Positions 50,815-63,860 of a stretch of DNA of 64,000 nucleotides are shown piece after piece. The first letter of the stretch is position 1. Each line of letters begins with the position of its first letter. The position numbers were made by a program, and so were the translations under genes. Below the pieces are notes generated by a model. The model was not told where the DNA came from, did no database searches, and saw only the letters and a list, made by a program, of their open reading frames with translations. Origin of the DNA: Phoronis australis (lineage: Eukaryota; Animalia; Phoronida); the NCBI GenBank assembly GCA_002633005.1, contig NMRA01000417.1, forward strand, positions 138,158-202,157, read 5' to 3'.

Positions 50815-51941
50815 TTCCTCATTCTGTTTTTCCTTTTTATCTTAGTACAGTTAGCTATTAAGTGACCACTTGTTTTACAGTAATGACACACAGGACCAGA
50901 ACTTTTGAAACTCGAACAATCGGTAGACCCTGCCTTGGTATCAACTTTCACACTTGAGGAAATTTTATTGTTCACTTTAGGTGTACTGTCGACCTCTGCT
51001 TCATAATTTGTGACTTTATAAAATTTAATCTTATGTGTCAACACGTAGTCATCTGAAAGTGTTGCTGCGTCATATAACTGATCGACCTTTTGTTCATCAA
51101 GATACGTTTTAACAACGTCTGGCATTTGTCGTTTGTACTGCTCAATCAAAACCAACTGCCTGAACTTTTCATAGCTACCGTCAATATTGTTAGCAACACA
51201 CCATTTGTCAAGCCAAATCTCTAGCTCCCTACAAAATTCAACACAGGTTTGCTTATTGTTCTTTTTCCAGCTACGACATTTTTGATGATATGCTTCCGGA
51301 ACAAGTTCATAAGCTCTTAAAATTGCAGCTTTCAAATAATCATAGTCGTGAGCTTTCTCAGGCGGCAAAGAGGCATACGTTTTCTGGGCTTTTCCAGTTA
51401 AAACACTTTGCAACAAAATCGTCCATTTCTCTTTAGGCCACTCAACTAACACGGCAACTTTCTCAAAACATTGAAAAAAATTGGTCAATGTCCTTCTCCT
51501 TAAAGGGGGGTACCATTCTAGCGTGTTTAGTTACATCAAAACTGCCCTTTAATTTTTCTTTTTCAAACTCAATCTTTGCCTTCTCCATTTCCCTGTGCAA
51601 TAATATTTTTTCTCTCTCAAGCGCTAACTCTTGTTGCTGTAACTCTAACTCACTCTCCAACTTCAACTTCTCAAACGACAGTTTTAGTTTAATATTCTCA
51701 ATCTCTGTTTCACTCTGAACCCCTACAGTGGGTGGTATTTGAACAAGAACATCACCAGTTAACAAATCCTCTCTACAAAATGTTGACAAATTATTCTCAG
51801 GATTTCACTCTTGCACATAGCCGTCTTTGTAGTAAGACTTATTTTGCTACCAATCGCTAACAAATCTGACTTTTTGAGTTTCGATAAACAAACAAAAGTA
51901 GGACTTGCATAAAATGTTAAGAAGAAATTGTCAACATCCAT
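50766..51941 (-). pseudogene. Frameshifted gag (SCAN-related capsid plus CCHC zinc knuckle)
   Basis: VPPFKEKDID/FFQCFEKVA..WPKEKW..LLQSVLTGKAQ..YELVPEAY and CHYCKTSGHLIANC, across three frames. Confidence 0.9.
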
Positions 51942-52219
51942 TGTAACAGAGACTTGTATATGCGGGCCTAGTCAGTGACGACACAATTTGACTTCAGTAC
52001 CAGCTAATTCAGTAAGACAATGCTGAATACACTTTCTATTGAATACGTCACACACTTGCACTTGGCAAAAGAGGTTCACCACTCACAGACTGAGCCCAAA
52101 CTACCAACAGAATGAATTAAACTCATCACTCCAACATTCTGTACTAAACTCTTAACCTTAACAATCTGAACTAACTCAACTCATAACTGTTTCCACTGTC
52201 TAAATTTTCCTACGGTACT

Positions 52220-52237
52220 TTCCCGGACTGGCCCCCA
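52220..52237 (-). other. Primer-binding site, tRNA-Pro-like
   Basis: TGGGGGCCAGTCCGGGAA versus the canonical tRNA-Pro PBS TGGGGGCTCGTCCGGGAT (15/18), 7 nt after the LTR end ...CCGTGACA. Confidence 0.8.
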
Positions 52238-52244
52238 ATTTATA

Positions 52245-52596
52245 TGTCACGGTAATATAAATAAAAATAACCCGTTTTCAGTTATTCTGATCTAAATTAA
52301 TATCTACGTATTCACAAACATGATAACAAGTTACGCGAAACTTGGGACGAAGACAAGGTAGAACGTCAGCACCAACAGTCCAAAACTTGAAACTTGCGGC
52401 ATCTTCAGTCTTCATCACCAAGGCAAGGTGTCCCCAGGTGCTCCGTTGATTACACAAGTCCGCCAAAATAATACACAAGATGCTACTGTCCGTGCCGTAG
52501 CAAAGGCTCACCACATAAAAAACAAATAATGTTCAGTATTTAGAAACTATGAAGAAAACATGAAGTCCAGCCTCAGTGTTCTGATAAATCATGACA
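52245..52596 (-). repeat. 5' LTR of the Gypsy element (outer boundary uncertain)
   Basis: Inner end ...CGTGACA next to the PBS. Candidate start TGTCATG at 52596; alternative TGTTAC at 52674. Confidence 0.55.
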
Positions 52597-53255
52597 CAAG
52601 TCTGCTCGTCATCGGCGACAAACTAGAACTCCTTGATAAAACTCAAAACTGTTCCCTAGCGGGAATAGGTAACATACTGAACACAGAGGCTTACCTCATT
52701 GTTGCAAATGCTCAAAATTTTGTCAATTGTTGTTTGGTAGTAGCTATGCCATACAAACCAAATTTTCCGAAATGTTATTTTTGTCGCGAATTTGACAAAA
52801 TGAAATCATCTGTCCTTCATTTTGTGTCCTAAACTGAAGAATTTTTACCGTAATAGCTTTTGAATTCTATCTCATCCATCAATAATCCCAAACAATACGT
52901 TTTTCAAATGCACATTTATAGCAACGACACGACCAAGTTTCATTTGAAGTAAAGGTTTGAGATGAAATTTCGTATGCTGTTGCAATTTTCTAAAATAGTA
53001 TCATTTTATTTTCATGAAATGCAAATTTTGATTTTTTTTTTCATGAAAATCATGTAAGTCCTGTTTTTTATAGCCCCTCGTGCAAAAGCGTAAAATTTCA
53101 ACAACAATTCCTTACAACATGTTGGACAAAGCATGTAGCGGGGAAATTTCATATCAATCCAATTAACTATTTCTGAGGACATTTAGAGTCCTTCATAACC
53201 TCGAAGTGTTTGACATGTGGCAATTATAGTTTCTAATGAACCCTTCTTCCAATAG

Positions 53256-53305
53256 ATGGAGCTGCTGCCAGAGCTGGTGTACAGCAGGGTGACAAGATAA
53301 TTAAG
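53256..53305 (+). CDS. ARHGEF12: PDZ exon: (N)GAAARAGVQQGDKIIK
   Basis: cccttcttccaatag| ... TAAG|gtaaga, 50 nt, phase 1 to 0. Matches LARG GAAMRAGVQTGDRIIK. Confidence 0.96.
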
Positions 53306-54368
53306 GTAAGAGACAAAATTTGGAAAATCAACATTTTGAGATTATAGTTTGGAAGTGGTGTTTGGTTGTGAAATAGTTAGTGATTTTGTTTTGGTAAAGT
53401 TTAATGCAGACTTCAAAATACGGTGTGTATTGCATTTATATGTATCCTCATGCCTTAATATGGCTCTGAAATAAATTGACTGTTAACTAACCCACGCTGT
53501 GTGACCCTAAATATAATGCGTCACATAATCAAGTAGTGCGTGATTCTTGTGAACAAAATAAAAAATTCTGCTAAAAAGAATTGTATATGTTGTAAGCATC
53601 TGTGTTTTATACCAGCGAGTTACTAGGCTAGGCTTCAGCTTTGTGAAGAATTCTCAGAATACAAAATGCTTTATGACATAGCAGTCTTTACTATTATTGC
53701 ATCTATTAAAAAGCCATGTATTGGAACACTTTTCAACACATACTATTCTCACTTTTATAGTTCTCATATTTTCAACTTTGGCCGCGTTATAATTGCATAA
53801 ATTTAAAGTAAAATTACTGTTATCAGTTGACCATTCATAGCACGTGACAAGTTGTCACTAACAAAACAGTCCAAATAGAGTGCAGTTATTGTTTAATATG
53901 GATAATAGGTTACATTTTTGATATGAGATATAACACCGCACTGTGGCAATACTTCCTGGTTGGCACAGGTGTTTGCCTCTTAACCCATTCATGTATGTCG
54001 TGTTAACATACTTTATATTCGTTTTGCAAAATATTTTGCCATTCAACATTTAAAGTGAGCTCCATCACCAGTCAACTAGGATGTTACTATTTTTCCACTT
54101 GTATTTTCTTTATAAAACGTGAAACTATCATGGTGTTGTAGAATGGTTTCTCTCGCAGTTGCAAAATTCCCAGTTGAGTGAACTGAACGTCTTTATTGTT
54201 CGTGGGTGATGTGAAGACCCCAACGCATTCCATTCTCCAACATTGTGTGATAGTTTTATCAGCTGGTGTACACCTTTGTCTTTTTTGTAGTGACTTGATA
54301 TAATTTCAAACAGCATTATTACCACCTGTCTTTATGCCCTATACATTTATACACCTCTGTGCTTGGTT

Positions 54369-54871
54369 TCATGACTTGATACATGGCCATGGTATTCCTT
54401 GCCCTATATTCAAACAGCACTGTGTGTAGTACTGCCCCGCCCCTGTCATGTTTAGTCGACCCAGGTACGTTGGTACATTCGTGTTATTCTCCTCGCACTC
54501 AAATACATTCTTACAGGAGGGACCCTCCACTTTCACGATCAGTGCTGACTTGTATGTCTCCACAGGACTGTTTTTGGCCTGTCTCACCTCCTGACTGTAC
54601 GTAGGGGGAAGTGTAGTGTCCACCACAAGTCCAGTCAGGTAGATGACTGGCTTCAGCTGACATACATACTTGACAGTTTTATTATACTGCTTCCGTTGAC
54701 TCTGACCTAACTGGGTACTGTGGTGGTTCTTGATTGCTAGCTCCTTCTGTAGGTAGACCCCCTCGATGTGGAGGTCACCAGTCCTATGTGTGTACTCACT
54801 GTAGTAGGTCAAACATGAATCTGGCCCGGGGCAGGTGACGTCCACACTCTCACTGTAGCTGGTCATTTTGC
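54369..54871 (-). CDS. Possible terminal exon of a nested antisense gene encoding a Cys-rich protein of unknown family
   Basis: 165-aa ORF with 8 Cys. Acceptor ctgttacag| lies 5 nt before the ATG. More GC-rich than the flanks. AATAAA ~170 nt past the stop (54197-54192). No TE motif recognised. Confidence 0.4.
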
Positions 54872-57800
54872 CTGTAACAGTAATCTGTGGTTAGGAGGAC
54901 ACTTAGCAGTTCACAGTGAGATAAAATCATACCAGACTCAGTACTGGTTGTGAGAGGACATGTCCCTTGTTGATGACTCCCTAGAGGTCACACATTGACC
55001 CAGTCTGCTGTCTTGGCTCTACAGGTATTTAACAGGCAACCCATATGGCATTTGCATTGTGTTCATGGTTAGGTTGACTAAGGCTTGTCCGTTGAATAAC
55101 TTTGATTGTTGAATGACATGAAAAGCATTGTTCATCAATGACATGCAGTAGAATGTCCCTGTTGCTATCCAGGGTTTAACTTTTTGTTAATGTGTCCTTT
55201 GGCTTAGTGAGGATATCAAATAATGTATTTCAGGGAGGGAGTATCTTGTAGTGCGTTGCCAGCTTACTGTACTGCACCGTTCATCGTATCTTCTCAATGT
55301 TGGCAACACACCATGTGTACCACATGTGTTAGTAGTGGTGGTGTTCAATTCCAGCCATTTAAGCATAATTATGCTGGTAAAAATACAGTGAAGTGGCATA
55401 GCGCCTGTTTATTAGTGAAGTCTTTTATCGTACCACTGTCAGAGTGATTATCAACCATCTGGAAAAAATACTACCAGGTGTGGGAACATCATATTTGATT
55501 AATTGTGAGTTATAATCTGTGATTAATCAAAATTTCCTAGTAAAGTTGTAGTTTAGTTGTTTCTGTGTCCATAACAACAGCATTGATTATGTGTTTTTGT
55601 GGACACGCCACATAATCCATCTTATTCACTCTGCTGACTCTCATATTGAACAAGTTCCACTTACCTGTGTGTTCTACCTGACCACACCTTTAAGTAATTC
55701 ACCTGTCGAGGTCTTGCTGTTAAAACTGTTAGTAGTCGACCTGTGTGGTTACCTGTGCCACGTATCAAACTGACTGCACATCGTCATGGATGAAACAACT
55801 GTCATACAATTCAGTGAGGAAATAAATATTGCATATTTTGCCAGTTGAAACTCCCTCATCCATGAAACCATCTCTTTACAACGCTTCTACAGTGTATAAT
55901 TTATTGATGGTGAATTTCATAATAGGCTTTGTACTTACACTTTTCGCAAATCTGTCTAAATAGAGCTCTATAGAATTGCTTTCAAGAGACCACCCTGCTG
56001 GGGAAAAGAACATTATTCAATTTTTTAGAGAAAATATTAGGGGCTGGATAGTATCAGTAGCCACCAATATACTTACCTGGATTTTCGTTGTAGGATTATC
56101 AGTGATCACCTTTATGCTAATATTCCTGTGTCCTGGTGACCTCTTGTAACATGAAGTTGATCTGTTCAGGGAGTAACAAAACAGCGTACCTGTACCCAGG
56201 TGTTGTCAGGTAGATAATAATGCGGGTCCTTGTTTCCAGTCTAGTTCAGCCCTTGATGTTTACAGCCTGCCATTGAAGACAAACTCCCCGGGATGTCATA
56301 GGGTGTTTCTACACAATTACTGTATACCATAGGCATGCCATTTTAATGGGCGACTTTTTCACCAATAGATTCCAGCTTTTTCTCAATGCCCTTTTTATTA
56401 GTTTCTCTTCAAAACTTGAAGGGTTCGTTTTTGTACAAAATTCTGGTGAAGGATTTTCTATTTTAGTTTGCTTTCCATTTGTTTTGCATAAAAATACCAC
56501 AGTCCAAATAGTTTGGTGAATGAAACATCTACAAAAATGACTTTCATCTAAACTCTTATGGATGAGTCCTTACTGTTGTGCAAACTTTCTAAAAGGGTGT
56601 TCTTATTGTGATGTTTCACTAGAAGGGTGAGTACCCTAATTTCCCAATATCCCAGTAAACATGGTGGAGTTCTATTTCGGATGTGATACCTTCGTAGTGG
56701 AGCTGTTTTTTCTTGCGCAACACTCAGCTGGTTACCAGGGTCACTGCCTCTACAGCAAGATTACACAGTACCAGCAGCCAACCTCCCACAGTTCATTGAA
56801 CTCATTCAACAACCAAAGTTATTGAGCAGACAAAATGGCAAGTTTCTTTAAAGCCACCCTATAAACCTGCGCACTTAAAAATGACAATTATTACTACAGG
56901 AAAATCTCACCAATTTAGGACATAATGTCATTGAATTTTATTTTCTTCTGTTTTTTTCATAACTTAACAAAAAGATGTTTTACCATGATTCAAGTTCTGT
57001 ACCATAGCTATGAACAAACTATTTTGAAATGTTGTGGACATTCACAACAAAGGTAGAAATCCTTAAAAAATTCTGAATACAGTTTTGGTATTTATTTTTG
57101 TCTAAAACTGGTGAGTTTTTACGCAATGCTTTGCTTAATCCTAAATTCAATCTTCCTTTTTGACATACCAATGAAGTTAACCTTGTGATGCGCCTGTCTT
57201 TATTCTCCCTTGTCCAGGCTGTCACTAGTGAAGCAATGGCCTGGTTATTCTATTTCTAAGCTGTTGTCATCCTGCAAACACTCCTCATCTTGGTTATCTG
57301 AATAATCAATGTAAATTTCCCTGTTCAAACCATTTCATCTTCAGGACTTAACTAAATACCATCAGTCATCAAACAAAGGTGTCTGTTTACCTGTCTGGCT
57401 CAGGTGAATAGACCCCATTCAGTCTGACCTCAACCATGACATGCCTGGGTGACAATGCTATGGTGTTGGAAAAACAATTTTTAGTGCTTAAATTGTTGTA
57501 GTAACCTATACAAGGATTGTCACAACAATGTTTCAGCAATAACCAGCTGGTAATCCTAAGTGTAGTCCATGTTTTGTATAAAATTTGTGTGAATGATGTT
57601 TCTAGACCTAAAATATAAAATATCAGCCCTTCTTTAATGAAGTTCGAACATTAGAAAGCTATTGCCATTTGAATCGGTTGCAAAATGTGTCGAACAAAAA
57701 GCTGCTAGTTGATGAGATCGGCACATAATTTTATGATAGTTAGTCCACTTTTTTGAAAATAGCAGCATGTACAATTTGAGCGGATAATGTCCTCAAGTTC

Positions 57801-59136
57801 TTGTTGTTAAATGTTGTTTGAGCTTCAGTAAGTTTTAAAAAGTGCCTTTTACACTACCAAAGTTGACATGCAGCATCTAACACTGAGCAATTTGACATGA
57901 CACAGTAACGATACAAGCCAAAAATATTCAGACAAAATGACATTGAATTCCCCGTCATGACGACTGGGCAGAAGCGGAACTCATCATCAGTGTAGTATCA
58001 CCTCATGACCGAAAATGAAGGGAAATTAACAGGAAACTTAGTAAGGTGGCTATTTTCCAATTAGAATTTTGCCAGACTAATAGTTATTACCTCTGATTTT
58101 TACTGTTCACAGAATTAGCAGACATGACAGAGGAAAACAGTATTTTGTCAGATTACTTTTGTCTTGTTCTGTATGTGTGTAAACACAACTGATACAGAGC
58201 AAGCTGACACCTAGGTGACAACTTTTGTCACCAGGTTTGCAGTTGATAAACTTACACTTAGTCATCTGGCGCCATCTCAACTATACGTCTTAAAGCGAAA
58301 CTGGAGCAAGACGAATGCGATCATGTTATGTGTGCTTGTGCAATAACATACATACGGGTGACCATTTTCACACTGTATTTATGCTTGACGAAAGTTCATC
58401 CGTTGCTGATTTACACCTTTTTCTGCCTATAACTACGCCCCATTAGCCCTGACAACAGCTTGGTGACTGGGAAATGAGTCATCAAGCCCAAAGGTCGCCA
58501 ATTTTTAGAAATTGTTTGATCATGGACCCAAAAGTACTGTTTTGCATGGGCAGTCTCCTTAATACTAGCACATCTCCCCTGTGTGTTACAACATCTCCTC
58601 TGTTGGTGGATCTATAAATTTAAAACATTGTTCAAGAACTCTCCTGTGATGTTTGCACTACTTGAAAAATGTGAAAATAATGTTAACAACCAATGATGCT
58701 TGCACTACATGAATAACATAGACAATGTTTACACTACATGCGTCTATTTGATTTGTTGTTCAACAATCATCTGCAAATTCCTAGTTAAAACACTGGTATT
58801 GTGTTATTCTACTGAAAGGATGTTAGTTTAAGTTACACATTAACAACATTGCAGTTTTACCGTATATATTGATTGCAAAATCGTTATCATTGCATGTGGT
58901 CAGTAGAGCGCCCTCTGTAGAGAGCTTCTGCAGACTCACTGCAAATTAAATGCAACAAAACTCTTAAAACGGGTGCTGTAAGACCCCATAAAATTCATTT
59001 CCATAGAAATCATGTAGTTTAATTAGATAATTAGTTTGGTTGCTAGGTGACAATGATGATTAGCTGTGGATATAAAGTTTGTATTAGTGTGACTTCAATA
59101 ACTGTCAATGCTAATGATCCTGCTCATCTTTTTCAG

Positions 59137-59194
59137 GTTAATGGAACGTTAGTGACCAACTCTAACCATCGTGAGGTTGTCAAGCTGATTAAAT
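59137..59194 (+). CDS. ARHGEF12: PDZ exon: VNGTLVTNSNHREVVKLIK(S)
   Basis: ctttttcag| ... AAAT|gtacgt. Matches LARG VNGTLVTHSNHLEVVKLIKS. Confidence 0.96.
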
Positions 59195-59860
59195 GTACGT
59201 AATAAGCTTTCCACTCACGAGTCACAGGCTTTTTACAAGTCGCAACTCCCAACTGATTTTATTGTTACCTCAATACTTGATGCTACTTAAAAGGAGTTCT
59301 TGTAAGAGTAGGCGTTCCTATCGATGAGAATTTAGCAAAAATAAGATTTGTGATATTGAAGACGAAAACGGCTTTCTCTGATTGCCAGGGTTTTTAATAT
59401 AACAATTCAACATACAAGTTTACATTGAATTTTTCAATAATTAGGTTGTACAAATTGAAAAGTGATCTTTCTGCTTTTTCAGCGAATAGTAAATTGATGT
59501 GCCGTTCTATGATTTCTGTTCATACTCTCTGTGAGGCGTAGCTCAAATTCTATGTGGAAGTCTTCTGAAATCCACATCTTGTCATAAGTGGCATCTGCCT
59601 GCTCCTAACTATGTAAAGGTAAACAGGGAAATGCACAGTAATGTTCTAATATGCCATATGCTGACCAGTCAGCTATAGATGATTTCCATGTACCACCCCA
59701 TCTGTTGGTTAAACATCATTGTTTGTATCTGGCTAGCAACAAAGCTTTCGGTTGTCAGGTCGCGTCACCTTATTTGACCATGTTGTCACAGATGTAAGTA
59801 GTTAGCACATAAATTGTTCTTGAATCTCGTCATTGTCCTCCTTCTCTATTTGTCTTCCAG

Positions 59861-59958
59861 CTGGTTCCTATGTGGCGCTCACATTGCATGGCAAGCCATC
59901 TGGCCACAAGGGGGCAGAGCGCGTCAGTGAGCGAATCACAGGGCCGCAGCCTGTTGAT
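59861..59958 (+). CDS. ARHGEF12: Exon: (S)GSYVALTLHGKPSGHKGAERVSERITGPQPVD
   Basis: tgtcttccag| ... GAT|gtaagt. Ends the PDZ domain (SGSYVALT) and contains the family motif RITGPxP. Confidence 0.95.
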
Positions 59959-61269
59959 GTAAGTATGGGTTATGTTGAAAACTAAGCCATTTTGCCCCGT
60001 TTTGCCTTAATAATACATGAAGTGTAGATATTCCCTGGAGGTATAAGTTTAATCATAAAGTGACGCCTCTCTTGCTGAGCCTTGCGTGACTCCAGTGTTA
60101 CAGCACATGTAAGTTGTGTGTGATGTCAAGTTTAGTGCAAATTCATGGCCACAGCAAATGCGACATAAACAGTTTTATTGGCACCACTTCAGATCTGGTA
60201 TATATCACAATATGTACAGGACATCAATTATACTTCACAGACATGGCCAGTGCGTAATGATTAAATTGATCAGGTTTAATAATTTGATGAGGAATACTAA
60301 ATTGTGTTTTCCTGTAACTACAAACAAATGCAAACCTTTGAAAGAAATGCGGTCGACAGCTTTGACTGATACAGGACTGTACAAGCTATGCTGCAAGTCG
60401 TCATTCAAGCTTTACCTTTCCATTAGCGACTGTCTTAATGCTTTTTAAGCAATAGAATTTCCACATGGTTTGTTGAAATGCAAAACACGATCTAGAGTCA
60501 TCACGATTTTCTTCCAAACAAACTAATATGTGCTGCGCTGTGTGATGTTTTCAAGAACTCTCGGCTTGGCCTGAAACTTGTCACATAATGTCATGCATTG
60601 ATTTATAGCCAATGGGTAATTAATTTAACAACAACTTAGGCTCAAGACGACTTGATGTTATCACTTCCTGTTGAGCACGCTCAGTTGTAGCTCACTAGGA
60701 GGCTCGGTCGTATGGCTTCGTTTGTGTTCCAAAAGTCTACATGTACATCAAGTGGGAAGGGCTTTGAGCTGTTGGCATGTTGCTCAGTCTATTGGATACG
60801 TGTTGGCAGTAATGAGGCTTTCAAGTTTGACCAGTTCAAGGTATCAGTGATGTACATGTTCATTTTTGTACACTGGCTCATTCTGGTCCCAGTACGGCTA
60901 GGCAGAATGGTAATGTAGCAACTTGCGCAAGTACAAGTGGGTTAGGTTTATGAGACTAGTGTTGCTGCTGGTAATATTGGAAACTACAGACTGTGGTGGG
61001 TATTTTTCCTTAGAAATTCGAAGATAATAGTATTGTTTGCACTGACCTGCTTGGATGCATTGTGGTTTTCTTTGCACTGGCCTAGCCAGAACCACTGCAG
61101 GTTTTCTAGCTCATCCATGTTGTTGAGAATTCAGTTTTAAATAACATTACTGTGATACAGTGTTAAGAGGAAATGGACAAAAAGGCATCATGTTTTTTGC
61201 GTCTTAGAAATGGGGATCCAGTTCCGTTAACACTCTGTTTATGATGATGTCATGTTGTTGTGTTCATAG

Positions 61270-61350
61270 GCTGAGAAAGAGAGGGAGTTTGAGAGTCAGA
61301 AGATTTTGACTACCAAGTTGATGCTGAAGCAGGCTATAGATGATTATGAT
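61270..61350 (+). CDS. ARHGEF12: Exon: AEKEREFESQKILTTKLMLKQAIDDYD
   Basis: gttcatag| ... GAT|gtaagt, 81 nt, phase 0-0. Corresponds to the QKVEILRKMLQKE helix of LARG. Confidence 0.85.
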
Positions 61351-61730
61351 GTAAGTTGGGTCAGAAGGGGAGGAGTTGATAGTGGGGGCGGAGTTGAAGG
61401 AGATTATGGGTGACTGGTGCAAGTTGGGTCGAAAGGGGACTAGTTTATAGCATAGAGTGGAGACGTAATTGAATGAGGTTATGTGTGAGTGTGGTGCAAG
61501 TTGGGTCACAGGGGGAGGGGTTAAAGGAAGTTATGATTGACTGTGGTGCAAGTTGGGTCTGAAGGGCAGAGATTGAAGGAGTCAGGTGCAGAGTTTAATG
61601 AGGTTGTGAGTGGCTGGTGCAAGTGTGATCAGAAAGGGAGGAGTTGATGGATTGGAACAGAGTTGAAGGAGGTTATGGTTGACTGTGGGTTGGAAGAAGT
61701 GGGGTGGGGGTGGAATTGAAGGATAATGCA
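61351..61730. repeat. G-rich ~65-bp minisatellite starting at the splice donor; further degenerate copies at 62205-62405
   Basis: gyaagttgggtcagaaggggaggagttga...gaaggagrttatg..tgactggt repeated about 6 times. Confidence 0.75.
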
Positions 61731-62552
61731 AATTTAGCAAAACGTAAAATGGCCGTAATGCATTCTTAAAGACTTCAGGGACATTAAAAGGATACTTCCT
61801 TATTTCACAGATTGGATATTCTGGTCTGTGATAAGTGCTCTTTTCCAACAGCTGCCTGTTATTTGCTAAAGCGTAGGTCGCGCTTGCCCATTTAGTAGAC
61901 TTTGAAAGGAGTTTTCAAATTTTCTTCCGAACTTATGAGAGTGTCGATGGTCACAACATTATTTTGTTTCAGAGAACTGGATTGGAAAATTCTTTTTCAT
62001 ATAAGTTAATAGGCCAACACTGGATATGGTATCCTTTTGAATTATGCATGCTATTTTGAAAAAATTTGCAGTTTGCTCAGGAATTTTTACCATCCTGAGT
62101 ATGTGTACTGGCTACTTGGTACAGGTTTATCACAATGTAAGTGCATTATAAAGTCTGAAAAAGGCGAAGTGGGGTGAAGAATTAAAGCTTGCTACCATGT
62201 CTTGGATGTTAGCTGGGTCTGAAGAAGAGGAGTTGGGGGCAGACTGAACCGGGTTACCAGGTCCGGGATATTAGTTGGATCAGAAGAGGAGGAGTTACGG
62301 ATAGAACAGAAGCAGGCTGCCGGGACTGGAATGTACATTAATTTTGTTCCAAGCTGGAGGTCTTGATGGTATAGTGGGTGGAGACTAGGATGTAAGTTAG
62401 GTCCTAATAAGTGTTGACTGAGCAGTGACAACTGTAGTGTAAACTGGGGAGAAGTAGGATAACATGAGTAAACACACGGTGACCGTTATGGTGTAGTGGT
62501 TAGTTGTGAGTAAGGTGAATGGATGATAAAATGGTACAACTGGCTATTTCAG

Positions 62553-62702
62553 CGCATTCGTCGAGAGTACCTGCATCATCCAAATGAAAGGCTGCAAGTT
62601 CAATTAGCTGAAGCACAGAAGACTATTGAGGTGATCAAGAAACAGTTGGAACTATTAACAGGGCAGGAGGGGAAGCAAGAACCTGCGAATACTTCTACAC
62701 AG
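62553..62702 (+). CDS. ARHGEF12: Coiled-coil exon: RIRREYLHHPNERLQVQLAEAQKTIEVIKKQLELLTGQEGKQEPANTSTQ
   Basis: tatttcag| ... CAG|gtgagg, 150 nt. Aligns by eye to LARG QEDYNRTPAQRLLKEIQEAKKHIPQLQEQL. The gene continues beyond the window (RGS-like, DH and PH domains not seen). Confidence 0.88.
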
Positions 62703-62885
62703 GTGAGGAGTAGTGGTCACTGCCAGGGGTCAGGACAGTTGGTACTACTGGCAGTGAAAGGGGAATGTGGTCTGAGTTAGGGATCTGGCCTGTTGTTATT
62801 GTTTGCAATGAAGGGGGCATGGTCACACACGTGGTGACACTGTTGTTATGGTTCGCAGTGACGGGGAGGGAATGGCTAGAGTCTA

Positions 62886-63860
62886 TTTTTTGCGCCCACA
62901 TATATATATGTCAGGGCTTGGAATTTTCCGCGGAAACGCAGATTTCCGCTTTTTTCAAATGTTCTTTCCGCGTATTTTATAATATTTCCGTCCGACGTCC
63001 GTCCGGCGTCCGCTGCTCTGTCTCCAAAACGCCTTGACGTATGTTCATAAAATTTTGCACATATGTTTTGTTCCGTGGATGGGATGGCGCGAACGAACTT
63101 TCAGATGGATCCGACTACCGGTGTGCCCCCTAGTGGCAATTTTATTTTCTTTACGTTTGCCTCTAGCTTCAAAAGTCCTAAACGGGTTTTCATAAAATTT
63201 GTTATACAGGCACCTATTAGTAAGATGATGCTATCCTCCCGTTTTCATATGGATTTGATGTAGTTTGTGCCACCTAGTGACCACTTTTACTGTTTTTTTG
63301 CGTCCACCCCTCTATCAACCAAAGTGGGATGTATGTTCTTACTATGAAGTGGACGGCAGATGATGATTTTCCAACGGTTTTGACTACTGTGGCGCCTCCT
63401 AGTGGCAGTTTTGTTTTTTTTGCGCTTATGGCTGTATCCCCTAAACTGGTCGGATGATCTTTACTAAATTTAGTAAATGTATTTATATGATGTTAACAAC
63501 AGAGGGCGACGACTTTCAGACGGATCTGAGTACTGGTGTGCCACCTAGTGGCAATTTTATTTTTTTTTACGTTTACCTCTGTATGTTCAAAGGTACTCTA
63601 CGTATTTTCATAAAATTTGGCATACAGGCATCTGTTAATGAGGTGACGATTTCACTTTGTTTTCAGATGTATTTGACCTAGTGGCCATTTTGACTGTTTT
63701 CAAGTCTGTTTTTTGGCGTCCAGTCATCTATCAACCAAACCGTTTTCAGGTTAATTGTGAAAATTTGCATGTATGTTTTTATTATGAAGCGGATGGCTGA
63801 TGATGATTTTCCAACGAGTTTGACTACTGTGGCGCTTCCTAGTGGCAGTTTTTTTTGTGG
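62886..63860 (+). mobile_element. HINE copy, 3' truncated, containing a hAT left-end fragment (62912-62990)
   Basis: ttttttgcgcccacatata start, GTCC tract, six core units with cctagtg(g/a)c motifs. Confidence 0.85.

Larger units (their letters stand above)
48579..52596 (-). mobile_element. Gypsy-type LTR retrotransposon with Gmr1-like domain order (gag-PR-IN-RT), 3' truncated, decayed
   Basis: 5' LTR, PBS, gag, protease-like ILRNTAFAQTLL, integrase (FFWPGINRDV..CRTCHVC, QTDQ, YHPESQGALERFH, KFSGPY), then the RT lead-in HDVIVGDAETVEQHPY, where it breaks off. Confidence 0.92.

Noticed and set aside
52220-52237. tRNA-Pro-like sequence as a tRNA gene
   Set aside because: Only the 18-nt complement of the 3' end, next to an LTR; it is a PBS.
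57935-57995. Minus-strand CTGATGA followed by a hairpin, hammerhead-like
   Set aside because: No GAAA core after the stem.
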